Shown: positions 14,663 to 26,037 of the stretch, in pieces
Position numbering within the stretch: position 1 is the first letter of the stretch
Layout: each line of letters starts with the position of its first letter
Origin: Orbicella franksi
Lineage: Eukaryota
Assembly: GCA_964199315.1 (NCBI GenBank)
Contig: OZ116698.1
Coordinates: forward strand, 15,686,001 to 15,750,000
DNA: 64,000 nt
Direction: 5' to 3'
Made by a program: the position numbers and the translations under genes
Notes under the pieces: generated by a model
Told to the model about the DNA's origin: nothing
Databases searched by the model: none
Seen by the model: the letters and a program-made list of their open reading frames with translations, nothing else

Positions 14663-15740
14663 GATTGTGGCTATATCAAATTTTGGAATTAAAAATGTAT
14701 TTTGAGAACTTCTTTTGAGCAAAAATGTCTGTAGCTCTTTTCATAAGTTTTGAAAACTGTAGGAAACATTGCAAAGCAAGCCATTAAAGTGTGCATAATT
14801 GGTGTGCGAATCACGTGGGTACCCAATTACAGGCATCCAAATTCAAAAGGTTCAAATTAGATACCTGTAATTGGACACCCACATGATCGCTTGCTGATTA
14901 TGTAGCAAATAGGCGCGCGGAGAACCAATCACGATGGAAAATTTTGTTATAGATATGATTAAATTGGAAATTATGCCCCTGAATACAATTAAAAGGAGTC
15001 AATATAAAGTAAGTTCCATGCACATATCATTAGCTTCTCTCTTGGTACTCTGGGTACTATAAACTTATGTGTCAACTTTCCCAGATTATACGAGTCTCCT
15101 GGATACAGGCATATCTGACATATATTTGTGGTTAAATCAGCAGAGCTCTTCTTTTAACAGTGTCTTTTAGCAGTGAGAATTGAAGTGATTTTAATTTTTT
15201 TAGGTTGACATCTCTGTATAAATAGCCTATTCTTGAATCTAATACCAGATATGAATACCTCTGGCATTGTTAACTTCTGACAACTGTCAAGAATCATACA
15301 AAACTCACAAAACTGTATGATTAACTGAACTTAAGCTTGCATTTGACGTCCTATTAACAATGTATATTGGGTTACGTATAATTTTTCTTACATAATTGTA
15401 CTGCCAAGTATATATATATATATATATATATTTCTGTATTTGCATGTGCCATATTGTACAAGGTATGCTTAACTATAATGCGTATTCCGTAATCACTCAA
15501 AAATTAATTTACAACCACCCCAATTTGATCCATCTCATCTACGATCGACAAGCTTTTCAATATTTGCAAAGTAGCAATCCACTAATTTGATTACATCCCA
15601 CGACCAGGACAAAGTAATATAGTTACCGATGAACCCTTGAGATTAAGAACGTCTTCTTCACTGGAAAGTACTCGTCTTTCGAGCTCTGATATTCGTTTCT
15701 CAAGAACATCAACTGCCGCTCCTTTTTCTTTGGCAGCCAT
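9969..15740 (-). CDS. DCTN3: Dynactin subunit 3 (p22/p24), 191 aa, 7 exons
   Basis: Exons 15740-15627, 14410-14326, 11862-11776, 11458-11375, 10718-10660, 10525-10466, 10055-9969 total 576 nt with all phases consistent. LEKRISELERRV, LSPEFL, KLQPLVELHIQQK and LLSKQFVQWD...MEVKPAD* align with human DCTN3 (LQARVEELERWV, LDPEYI, RLQRLAQIHIQQQ, LLSKQFVQWD...QVKPAEE). Confidence 0.92.
10170..10430 (-). mobile_element. tRNA-derived SINE with Nin/Deu-like central domain; second copy at about 52010-52316
   Basis: The two copies share CCCTGGATGGGATGCTA..CCATC.CAGGGTTA, ATTTATACAC..GGGTGGAGAGA and AAGTGTCTTG.CCAAGAACACAACAC, followed by a reverse-oriented tRNA-like head. Confidence 0.7.
12026..12216. 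mobile_element. Palindromic MITE with TA target duplication (DCTN3 intron 2)
   Basis: About 70 bp imperfect TIRs GGCTGATTTAGCAAGGGAA...GTCACTTGACGACGGC / GCCGTCGTCAAGTGAC...CCCTTGCTAAATCAGCC, flanked by TA on both sides. Confidence 0.75.
14082..14268. mobile_element. Palindromic MITE within a larger repeat block (about 12960-14270)
   Basis: AACAAATAAAGAAGCCTCGACTGTGCTCTGTTCTGTTGTAAAGCAC is inverted at 14223-14268, and the inner arms (GGAAGCGGTAGAGCAC) are also inverted. Confidence 0.7.
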
Positions 15741-15845
15741 CTTGTTTGTATGATTGAGAGTTGCTAGCGCCCGCAGAGCAAAAGCGGTAGTTGAATATGT
15801 CATGTAAGACTCACCAAGTGAACGTGTTACATAACCCCAAGGAAG
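15741..15845. promoter_or_regulatory. Bidirectional DCTN3 / photolyase promoter-UTR region with D-box and E'-box
   Basis: 105 bp separate the divergent ATGs. GTTACATAAC (15826-15835) is a perfect PAR-bZIP D-box, AACGTG (15821-15826) is the reverse complement of the CACGTT E'-box, and GTCATGTAAG (15799-15808) is a one-mismatch D-box. Confidence 0.6.
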
Positions 15846-16648
15846 ATGGCTGCGAAGACTCAGAGAGTTCATCACACCATTCACTGGTTTCGTAAAGGCC
15901 TCCGATTACATGACAACCAGTCTCTCAGGGAAGCGTGTGAGACGAGTTTAACCCTCAGACCGGTTTATTTTATTGACCCAGACTACGTAAAACATGGAAA
16001 CATGGGGTTCAATCGTTGGCGATTTCTGATTCAGTCACTCAACGATCTGGACAACAATTTGAAGAGTTTGGGATCTAGGTAAGAGAAAACAGTTAGTTTC
16101 TCTTGCACCTTGACCTGGCCACGTCTGAGCTTGTTATTTTTATTGGTGATAATACCTTGTTGGAAAAAGTGGAAAACATTTGTATAGAATGCACTGTAGA
16201 TTAATCCAAGAAAAGTACGGATTTGGAACCCCCGGCTGCATGCCGGAACCCAACAGACAGAGCCCTGTTTTCAGAGCTGTATGTTTACAAATTGACTTTT
16301 TGGTTATTGAATAATGTTTTCTGTCTGAGACGTGCATGCCTGATGAAAGTCTGTGAATATGTTTAGTTTTTAATCTACCACTTTTATGGTTTTGCCAAAA
16401 TCTATTTCCAATTTCAGAACAAAAATATGGCAAATTATATGATCCAATTTCAGAGCAAAACAGCGGTGGTACATATCTTTATTATATGGCCAGCTCCGTG
16501 AGCGGGCAAGATGAATCAAATCCTGCACTGTGATTGGCTACCCAAGCAGGCAAGATGGAGCTATCTTGCCCGCTCGGGACTACCCACTGTGTCCCACAAG
16601 AAAAATTTACCCGAAAGCCATACAATAAATCCTTTATTGACCAAGCTT

Positions 16649-16683
<35 letters not shown>

Positions 16684-19600
16684 TTTTTTTTGCGAGTTAA
16701 TGGACCTCGACTCCGTCTCGGTCCATAAACACGCAAAAAAAGAACTTGGCCAATATCCAGCCATCTTGACCTCACACTTGGTCAATAACCCATATATGAT
16801 ATATACATTTAGGTCAGCCTAAAAGCATAGCTCCTGGGCCGGGTTGTTCATAGCCCGATTAAGCTAACCCAGGAAAAGGTAGAATTTTGATTTGAGTTTT
16901 GTAATTTTGCAGTGAGGTTTTCTGTCTATTGTTTGGCCTTCTGTTTTGAGTTTTAATAATCACCATATACACAAAACAAAGGAGCAAAAAAAATTTGTAT
17001 AGAAGAAATAGTTATAATTCAGTTAACTTTTAATCCTGGGTTAGCGTTAACCCACTTCCAAACAATCCTGCCCTGTTTTCAACAAGTTAACCTGACATGA
17101 ACCTGCAATCCAATCAAAAACCAGCACTTGGTCAGCAGTCAACTTCAAAAAAACACGTGACCTTGATGAGCTGTAAACTTTAGCCCGCGATATGGTCATG
17201 TGATACTAGTCAGCAGATACCTTGTTTTGACAGGTGTCAATTGATCGTAACATGGATGTCCAATATCAAAGAAGTGCATGATAAACCAAGACTGTCAACC
17301 TATTATTTGGAGTGTGGCCGCCATGTTGCACAATTCCGTCGTCGCCGTCGCTGTCGTCGCCGTCATTGTGCGTACGCACCCACAAGCAATACCACTATCC
17401 ATGATAACCATGAGAAAATCAACTCATGGGTTTCCTTTTCTTTCCTATATGAATATGGGGCTCTGCTTGGTGGCCCTTTGGGCCGCCGGAGGTCCACTAT
17501 AATACAGCTTATAGGGAAGTATTCCACCCACCTAACCCTAACCTTGCTCTCCCACCTCCTTGCAGGACAGACCTGGAATAAATCAACAGTGAATGCAAAG
17601 CATAAAGTCCCTCTTTAGCCATTTTTCAAACTACTAGGAACTGCTATCAATTTGTTAAATAATGCAATCTTCTTTATCATAGATTATTTGTTATTCAAGG
17701 GAAGCCCGAGTTAGAGTTGCCGAGACTGTTCAAAGCATGGAGGATCACAAGATTGACATTTGAGTTTGATCATGAGCCAGATGGAAGACAACGGGATTCA
17801 AAGATTTGTGAACTTGCTTCTGAAGCTGGGATTGAAGTTGAGACTAGAGTTTGTCACTCACTTTATGACTTGGATAAGTAAGTGACAGCCTTAGAAATTT
17901 GAAAATCTGATTCTCATTAAGCCAGCTAATAGGTAAGGAGGCGGAGGAAAATGTAGGAGTGAAGTAGGTTACAAGTCTCTGTAAGGCAACAAAAGAGAGG
18001 ACAGGAGTAATTTATCCAAGTTACCTGGAACTGAATGATGTAGAAAAAAGGAAACAAAAGTAGTTGATGTTTTTGACTAGATATGATATCTCCTAAAATG
18101 TGTTTCAGAATTTAGTATAGTTTTGGTAAAATGTCTTGAAAAGCTGTTTTGCCACAAGGGCATGCCACAAACCCCTTCTCTTGATCCACCACCCTCCCCT
18201 AGACCAGCACAGCAATTGACACCCAAGTAATTAAATTTTAGGATTATTGAAAAAAATGGTGGAGCAGCTCCCTTAACATACAAGAAGCTTTGCTCTGTGG
18301 TGTCGTCAATGGGACCACCTTTGAAGCCTGTTCCTGCTGTGGATAAGCAATTGTTTGATGGTTGTTCTACTCCAGTTGATGATGAAAATGAGTATAAGTT
18401 GCCAACACTAGAGGAACTTGGAATTGAAATGCCTGAAGAATCAAGCACTGTCCTTTTTCCTGGTGGTGAAACAGAAGCTCTTCGACGGCTAGATGAACAC
18501 ATGGAGAAAGAGGTGTGCATTTTATGGCCTGAATGTAACTTATATCTCTCTAATCCTAATGGCAGCTAGCTTTCAAAATTTTTCCATCAAAAATTTCTCC
18601 AGCTATCCAAATTGGTTATTTGGTAAATTGAACATTTTAATTGACTAATTCTGGAAATTTCCCTTAAGAAACAGTTTGTCGACAACTGTTTAACTGGGGT
18701 TTTTATAACACTTTTTATTCCAACGATCTTAAGTTATGTGTGGTTAGCAGAATAAAAGCTATTGCTGCTTTTAAATAAAATTTTCTTGCAACACAGATGA
18801 AGGTATCTCCTTAGTGAAACCTGTCTTGGACCAGCATATTTCTGTTAAAGGCATTCGTTAATTAGTTTTTGCTTGCACTTATAGGATTGGGTGTGTAAGT
18901 TTGAGAAGCCTAACACATCACCCAACAGCCTTCAACCTAGTACCACTGTTCTTAGTCCATATGTCATGTTTGGCTGCCTCTCAGCAAGACTGTTTTATCA
19001 CAGATTATCTGAAGTGTACTCACGAGTAAGTTGTGGTCAGGCTTTTAGTAGAAAATAAAAGGAAATGGTAATTTTACAAATGAATGCTTTTAATTGCCCT
19101 TTCATGGTTAACTTGTTTCTCATTTACACTACAATGTTCTCCAATGTAGATGCAGGGCAATTTTGAGCAGAAATTACAACATTGCCCAAAATAGTCTCAC
19201 ATGCATGTTGGATTGCATTGTAATGCAAAGTAAAAAAGTTAACTGCAAAAGAGCCATTGGTCAATGTACTGGGAATTTTTGGGAGTTTACAATGTATCTG
19301 CATTAATCTTCATAGCTAGGTTAACTATATATAGGATTATCAATACTTAAATGAATGCATTTCTTTAGAAATGAAAGGTTCACTTGTAAGCCATTACTAA
19401 GCTATTCTTTAGATAAGTAAGAAAGGAAAAATGCTAATGAAAAGAGACTAAGGCTTAAAGAACTTACAGAAATTATAGACATGGTAACCTCATGTTAGTA
19501 ATAGTAACAATTGTACTATGAAACTAGAACCATGCCCAGTGTATACTTCTGACAAGCCTCTGTTGTTAGGCCAAGAAACACTCCAGTCCTCCTGTTTCCC

Positions 19601-22600
19601 TACATGGACAGCTCTTATGGCGGGAATTCTTCTTCACTGCTGCATATGCAACTCCCAACTTCAATAGAATGGAGGGTAACCCTGTCTGCCTGCAAGTCCC
19701 GTGGGATACCAATCCAGAGTTTGTCAAAGCTTGGTCTGAGGTATGGTGGGAATACTTGACAACTATGGCACCACTAGAATGCAATGAAGTTTCACCAGTT
19801 GCATGAGTTGTATGAGTAGACAAGGTGCCTTGCTTAATGACATGCACTTTCACCACTTGCAATGGAATGACTTAATTTCACTGGAAAGTACCACATCCAC
19901 CACTTGAACCAATCATACCAATTGTAAGCCTTATGTTATGACTTGTGCAGGTCATACCACTTGAATTACTTGAATCATAGTCTTTATGACTTGAACAACT
20001 GGTGAGAATTAGACATACATGGAAGATGTTCATGTGGCAAGTTTCTACAAAGTTGTACTTAGAAATAATTAGGAGCAAATTAAATATGCTTGGAATACTA
20101 TTGGAAAATACATTGACATTTTGAGATGTGGCTAATTTATTGTTTTGATCTGACATGTGTTTGCATTATTGTCTACTGTATCAGTAGAATCCTTAGTGCC
20201 ATAGTTTTTTTTAAGCCGATAGTTTTTTTTAAGCTGATAGTTTTTTTAAGAATGATAGCCAGTAAGGAAAAATGCACAAATAAGCCACTAAAATCTTGAT
20301 ACAACTGCAGTACTGTACATGTAGCCAAACTATGACAGCCTGAAGTAAATAGATTACATCCTTTGTTGGTCCAGACTAGCAAATGATGCATGGTTCTTAT
20401 TCTCTCTTTCTGTGTGTCTTTCTCAAGGATTTGCAACCCTCTGATAAATTCATTGACCTTATTTAGCCAATCACAATCTAAGAATTATGGACAACATGCC
20501 TATGGTGAGAAATCAACCACTGGCTGTGTGAACTTTAGAATCACACGTCTGAGATTGGTCAGTGAGAGTAATTGGCTCCATTGTTGGTCGGGAGAAATTT
20601 TGTCAAAACTGTTGTTAAGTGGCAACAGTATGGAATGGAATGTGACTCAAATGTTTGTTAAATCTGCAATGAGTCAACATCTTGTTTGTTTTCATGTAGG
20701 CTCGCACTGGGTATCCCTTCATCGATGCCATCATGACTCAACTGAGGAGGGAAGGATGGATACATCATTTGGCATGTCATGCTGTAGCATGTTTTTTGAC
20801 CAGAGGAGACTTATGGATCAGCTGGGAGGAAGGACTGAAGGTGAAGAACATTCAGTTCTAACTGCACAAGACCCACCATCTTTTTCACAATGTTTCATGC
20901 AATCTCCACCTCACAAATGAGTTATCTGGCTCCTAGATGCAATCCCAAACTAGGTTACTGTTGTCTGATCAAACATCATGGGAGATGCATCTACAACAGA
21001 AGAATTTTTTTTGGTAAAAACAGTAGAGACATATAAAATTTGGAAAAGTCTGCTTTCAGACTTTCTAAAGATGGTAACGCCATTGGTTTATTGTAGGTGT
21101 TTGAGAAGTATCTTCTTGATCATGACTGGAGTTTGAATGCTGGGAACTGGATGTGGTTATCTGCAAGTGCCTTTTTTCATGCTTACTTCAGGGTATACAG
21201 TCCTGTAGCATTTGGCAAGAAAACTGATCCTAATGGAGATTATATCAAGTAAGTTTAATTTGGAAACTGATGGCTTGAATCATAGCTCTAAAACAAGAAA
21301 TCAAAACAATCTGTGGACACATTCTACTGACTGTGGATCAACATCAAGTCTGTTCCCATGTAAGGATTGTATTGAGGAGCCAGATGGACATGCAGGCATT
21401 TGTCAAGTTACCCCAACAGTTGCCAGTACCAATTTATACACCAGACCTGAGTAAAGTGAGACACTGCTAGATAGAGTGGCATCCTCAAGACTACAGCACA
21501 ACAATCCCATCCAGGCTTGAGCATGGACCAGCCACCAACTGATTGTGTATCTTGGCATATTGAAGCAAACAAAGGGAACTACTGGGTTTTTGACAAAAGG
21601 AATCAGATCTTCCCATCATTTTAACATCCATCTTGTTGTTCTTCAAATCTTATAATAAGTCTTAGAGTGAGCAAGGGCACTACCAATGGTCAAACTATCA
21701 CAATAGTGAAGAAACATATCTGACAGGCAGACAGCCACATTTAGAACAGTCAAATGAATATTAATAGGTACTTTCTAGGCTGTTGGCAGCTGGTCGTTTC
21801 TCTCAAGGTCAGAGAAGTGTTCATCTGTGGACATGAAAAAGGGGACAAAAAGGGGTTAGGGCAAGACATGAGTGAGTCATGAGTCTTGTGTCAATCCCTT
21901 CTTGTCTCAAATGTCTCGCCTCTTACTCTCTGTCTAATTTAAAAAGAAAAACAGACTGCCAGTAGTTGGTCTTAGTCTTGTAATTAAATGTAATTAAATT
22001 GCCTTAGTTTGTTTCTAGTTCAAAGCTAAATTTCAGGCCACAGTCCCATTGTGTTTTCATGTTCCTCATCTTAGTCTTCCTTGATGGATTATTAATAGGA
22101 CTTTTATAAATTATGTATTGATAACTCATATGTTAGTAAACTTTGATTATTTGAAGGTAATTCTGTTAACGATATTTCTTGTGTCATCTTTTGTAGGAAG
22201 TATATACCAGTTTTAAAGAAATATCCTCCAAAATACATCTACGAGCCTTGGACTGCCCCACAAAGTGTACAAAAAGCAGCAGGGTGTGTTATTGGTAAAG
22301 ACTATCCTCGTCCAATTGTAGATCACAAAGTGGTTGTGAAGACCAACATTACACGGATGAAAAAAGCTAGAGCAGACCATTATGGTGAAAGTATAGATGA
22401 AGGTAACTTATTCTTGAAGTATGAAGTGGTTCCTGCTCCTCTCTCTGGTATGCTCTTTAATAAGTATTGTAAATCCCTGACTTAAATTTGTCATAATTTG
22501 TAATAAATGCCCTAAAAAAACCTCAAAGCAAGCAAGAGAAAAATCAACAACAAACCAAACACACCAGGTGGTGTATTGACAGTTTTTTTGTTATTTTTTG

Positions 22601-22793
22601 CCTGTCCTTCAAGAGATATCACTTTCTTATCAATGTCATTAACTAAGACAGTGTCTGATAGATAGTACTTTTCTATTTTTTTTTCCCAGACCTTGACAAC
22701 AAAAGTAAAAGTTCACCAACTAAGAGGAAGAATAACAAACAGTCTCCAACAAGCAGCAAGTTAAGGAAAATAACTGATTTCACAAAGAAGTGA
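15846..22793 (+). CDS. phr6-4: (6-4) DNA photolyase (cryptochrome/photolyase family), 537 aa, 9 exons
   Basis: Exons 15846-16078, 17683-17877, 18242-18512, 18885-19025, 19570-19740, 20700-20840, 21097-21248, 22197-22402, 22690-22793 total 1614 nt with consistent phases. [52 protein letters not shown] and [32 protein letters not shown] are (6-4) photolyase type rather than vertebrate CRY type (FERP..NANSL..SPTGLSPY). Confidence 0.93.
16482..16797. mobile_element. About 300 bp dispersed repeat; second copy at 33690-33987 nested in another element
   Basis: Highly similar sequence ATATGGC.AGCTCCGTGAGCGGGCAAGATGAATCAAAT...CACACTTGGTCAATAACCCATA at both sites. Confidence 0.75.
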
Positions 22794-22934
22794 TGGCTCT
22801 CATTCGATTGTCTATATTTTAAACATGACATTAGCTTAGTTTGAATGATGGCACCTTGTGCTGAGTTCTTTTTATTTCTTAACTGCTCTGAACCCATCAA
22901 ATGGCCTATTTTACTATAAGTCTCTGCATGCATG

Positions 22935-23015
22935 TACTTCAGCGGTTAGAGCACCAGCCTGTATTTGAGAGTTCACAGGTTCAAATCCTGTCATGAACTC
23001 AGAGTTTTTCTTTAG
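22935..23015 (+). mobile_element. Degenerate tRNA-derived SINE head
   Basis: A-box-like CTTCAGCGGTTAGAGC and B-box GGTTCAAATCC, followed by GAACTCAGAGTTTTTTCTTT. No complete cloverleaf. Confidence 0.5.
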
Positions 23016-24710
23016 TTTTGTCTAATATGTCAACATTTACTATAACCAGTTTCTTAGGGGTTGCATTTGTTTTCAATAAATCATTATCAGTATCTATTAC
23101 TGTATTACTAACCCCATATTTATTAAAGAGAATGGAAAAAGTGTTTTCTGTGATTTATTGCTTTTCCATCTCTCTTGTGAAGCACCATACACAAGAAGTG
23201 ATATTTCCTCGTTTCAGTTATACATTAACCAGGAAGTTTTAAAATGAACAGATGAAACACCCAATACCATTTTCTGTGATAAAGCTATTCTTCTATTCCT
23301 GCATTGCCATGCCTCCACCATGTTAATGCAAGAGTTGACTGTGTGCCAGATGGAAAACAAGCAGTGTGGAAGTTGTGAAATAATGAGATGAATTATTATA
23401 AATTATATTTTATTTTTTTTTCTTATTATTTGACTCATGAAAGTTTGGGAGAACTTGAAAAAGCTGTGGAAACACTCGCCTGACAGCTTGTGTTCCCACA
23501 GCATTTCTTACTCTCCCAAACTTTCATTTGTGTTTCTATTTAACAATTAGATGAGCTTGAGATTTCCATTGCGTGATAGTTGACAAGGGCGCAGCCCCAG
23601 CCAACTATCATGCATAGAAATACAGAGGTAATATATCAAACAGAAAGACCATGTTTGACCACATTTTTGAACACTGAGAAGAGATTTGAAAATATGACGC
23701 GCAGTGGAGTATTTTTGATGAACTTCGAGGTAGCCTGCGAACAGGCTCCCGGCAAGGATGGAAAAAACTTTCAGTGAGCGCGAAACAGAAGAATTCAGAG
23801 AGCAAAGTGATCGGGATGTGGAAAGGGGAGCCTGTAGACTTTGTTTTTGATGTGCCTATCCGCCCTTGGTGATAAGCCTGTACCAAATCAGTCAATGAGG
23901 TAATTAGACCTGTCAAGAAGCTACATTTTCGGTACTTGCAAACAGTTCTAATCGAGCTAATCAAATAGCCGGGCCAGGCGTCATAATACAGAGTGCAAGT
24001 AAGCAACATGTTCACGGAATATTTCTCTTTTGTGAACATGTTGCTTACTTGCACTCTATATTATGACGCCAGTACTTTAAGAGCTTAAAACATATTTTGC
24101 AATACTGAAATGAGCCTAAAGAAATTATAGGCACATGATAGAGGTGTCAAACTCTGCGAAGCAACATGCAAATAACAGCGGAAAGTCCGGAAACCATGCC
24201 TTTGACCTCTAAAGAAAATTGCTATAGCACCACCGAACGGCTCCACTCCACTAGCTTCTACTTAAGATTCCTCCTCGTAAAAGAGCATAAAGTACCCTTC
24301 AGAATCACTTGTGAAATAACGAGAGATTGAGAGACCAAAACTTAAAAGAGAACGCCATTGTATACTTGACAGTACAACTAATACACCAAGCCTTCTCATT
24401 GTGGACTGCATGATGTCATGTTGATTTAGCTGGCAGAGTATTTTCAATGGCATGGTATGAAATAGTAATGCAACACTTTCTTGTGGTATACCATGGAACA
24501 TCCCACTTGTCAGTGATTAGTAGTTTCTTGGTATACACACTCACTAAAGGCTTGTGTGTATACGAGGAAAATAAAAGTGACTCGTGGGATATTCATGGTA
24601 TACTACTCAAAAGTGTTGGATAACTAGTATGTATTACTGAGTACCAAAACTAGCACTTAAGACAAGTTCAAAACAGCGTAACATGCCAGTAAATAATTCA
24701 CAAATTCAGG

Positions 24711-25704
24711 TTATCTGTAACTAGATGAATAGTATGATTGTTCAAGTTCAAATAAATTGAGAGCAAGTTCTTGTTTGAGGTTTAAAAGCTGCTGATCCGT
24801 TTGATTGGTCATCTCCTGAAATGTATTGCTTCGTTCGGAGATACTGGCGTTCACCGATGGAAAGTCATTCAAAATGAGAAACTCCTTCATGTCAGACACA
24901 AGCTTCATCAGTGATTCACCTGCCCTTACCTGAAAAAAAAAGGTTTCAATTTTATTTACATAATAAGGGCTCTTGACTGGTACATCAACTTGAGGGTTAA
25001 GTCACATTCGCAGCTATCCAAACTGCACTTGCCAGCCATGGTAGTATAGTAGTCATATGCGCACATGAGTAGTTTCGTTTGCTCTTTGTTCATTGGTGGA
25101 TGCAGACCTTGAGGGTGCTTGCCCTGCCAGTTTTTCTTCCTTCTGCAATTTCTTTTTAACCAAAATAAGGGGAAGCCTGAGTCCCCTGGCCCCTCCCCTA
25201 GATCCGCCACCGTTGTTAATTTGTCTTTTACGTAATTTGTATTCACCTATGCTGTAAATGTGTCACCTGAGCACCCTGCTGACCACCACTGCCGGATTAG
25301 CAAGGTAAAGGTAATTATATTAATTAAGTGAAAGTTGTTGCCCACTGACCGCACTAAACTATGACTAATGACAAGTCTATGTTGACCTATAAATTATGAC
25401 ACTCGGTTGACTTACAATGTTGGCAGCTCTGACGTTGACTTCATACTGATCCTGAGCTAACTGTGTTAGCCGTGATACTTGAGTTTCATTTTCAACCTTT
25501 GAGCAATACACACAGTAACAGACTTGGTTAACTGAGAATCAGAGAATCAGTATAGTAGGCATTCACGTGCAAGCTTACCTTAGAAGATTTCACAATTTCT
25601 GTGAAGTTATCCAGGATTGATTTTACATCATCTTTCAGGCGTTTCGTGTACGACTTCAGAAGAGTTTCTTTACTCTGGGGCAAAATCCTGCTTGGTTGTG
25701 ACAT
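24711..25704 (-). CDS. MED22: Mediator subunit 22 (Surfeit locus protein 5), 141 aa
   Basis: Coding exons 25704-25579, 25496-25416, 24929-24711. [68 protein letters not shown] and YYSSSYR* closely match the short human MED22 isoform. An acceptor 3 nt before the ATG implies a non-coding first exon. Confidence 0.95.
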
Positions 25705-26037
25705 CACCTGTAAAATCGAAAAGCGATAAACGATGCCTAGCAGAGCATTTGTTAAAACTTAAAAATTATACTCGAACAAAGACTGATTTCATCGTTCTTT
25801 CTCCACCATATGTTTGCCAAATTATCCGTCAAAACGATCAATCTCAATACACTTTACCTACAATATTCCGTGATCTCGTGTTCTCCGAAAAAGCACGACA
25901 GCGTCGTAAATTTTATCCGAAAACATTGTCAGCCATGTTGAATTTTTCCCATTTTAACCGCGCGTGGTGTATTGTGGGTAATATTTTGAAATTCCCAGGA
26001 GGCACTGCAAGCTTCCTCTTCGTCCGCCATCGTAAAG
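25705..26037. promoter_or_regulatory. Bidirectional MED22 / RPL7A promoter with putative MED22 5'UTR exon and intron
   Basis: CpG-enriched 333 bp between divergent ATGs. MED22 acceptor at 25708-25709, candidate donor AG|GTAAAG at 25857-25856, and a YY1-like CAGCCATGTT motif around 25930-25939. Confidence 0.65.
26012..26025 (+). promoter_or_regulatory. Polypyrimidine (TCT/5'-TOP-like) initiator of RPL7A
   Basis: CTTCCTCTTCGTCC lies just upstream of the RPL7A ATG, as is typical of ribosomal protein genes. The TSS is not mapped. Confidence 0.7.

Noticed and set aside
15741-15884. 48-codon in-frame N-terminal extension of DCTN3 overlapping the photolyase start
   Set aside because: Homology to DCTN3 begins at MAAKEK (15740), which has a strong AAGATGG context. 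The extension shows no similarity and would need a TSS inside the photolyase CDS.
20390-20920. 176 aa ORF in the ORF track
   Set aside because: It runs across intron 5 and photolyase exon 6 in the wrong frame and shows no recognisable domain.
22935-23015. tRNA gene
   Set aside because: A and B boxes are present, but the acceptor and anticodon stems do not form. It is better explained as a SINE head.
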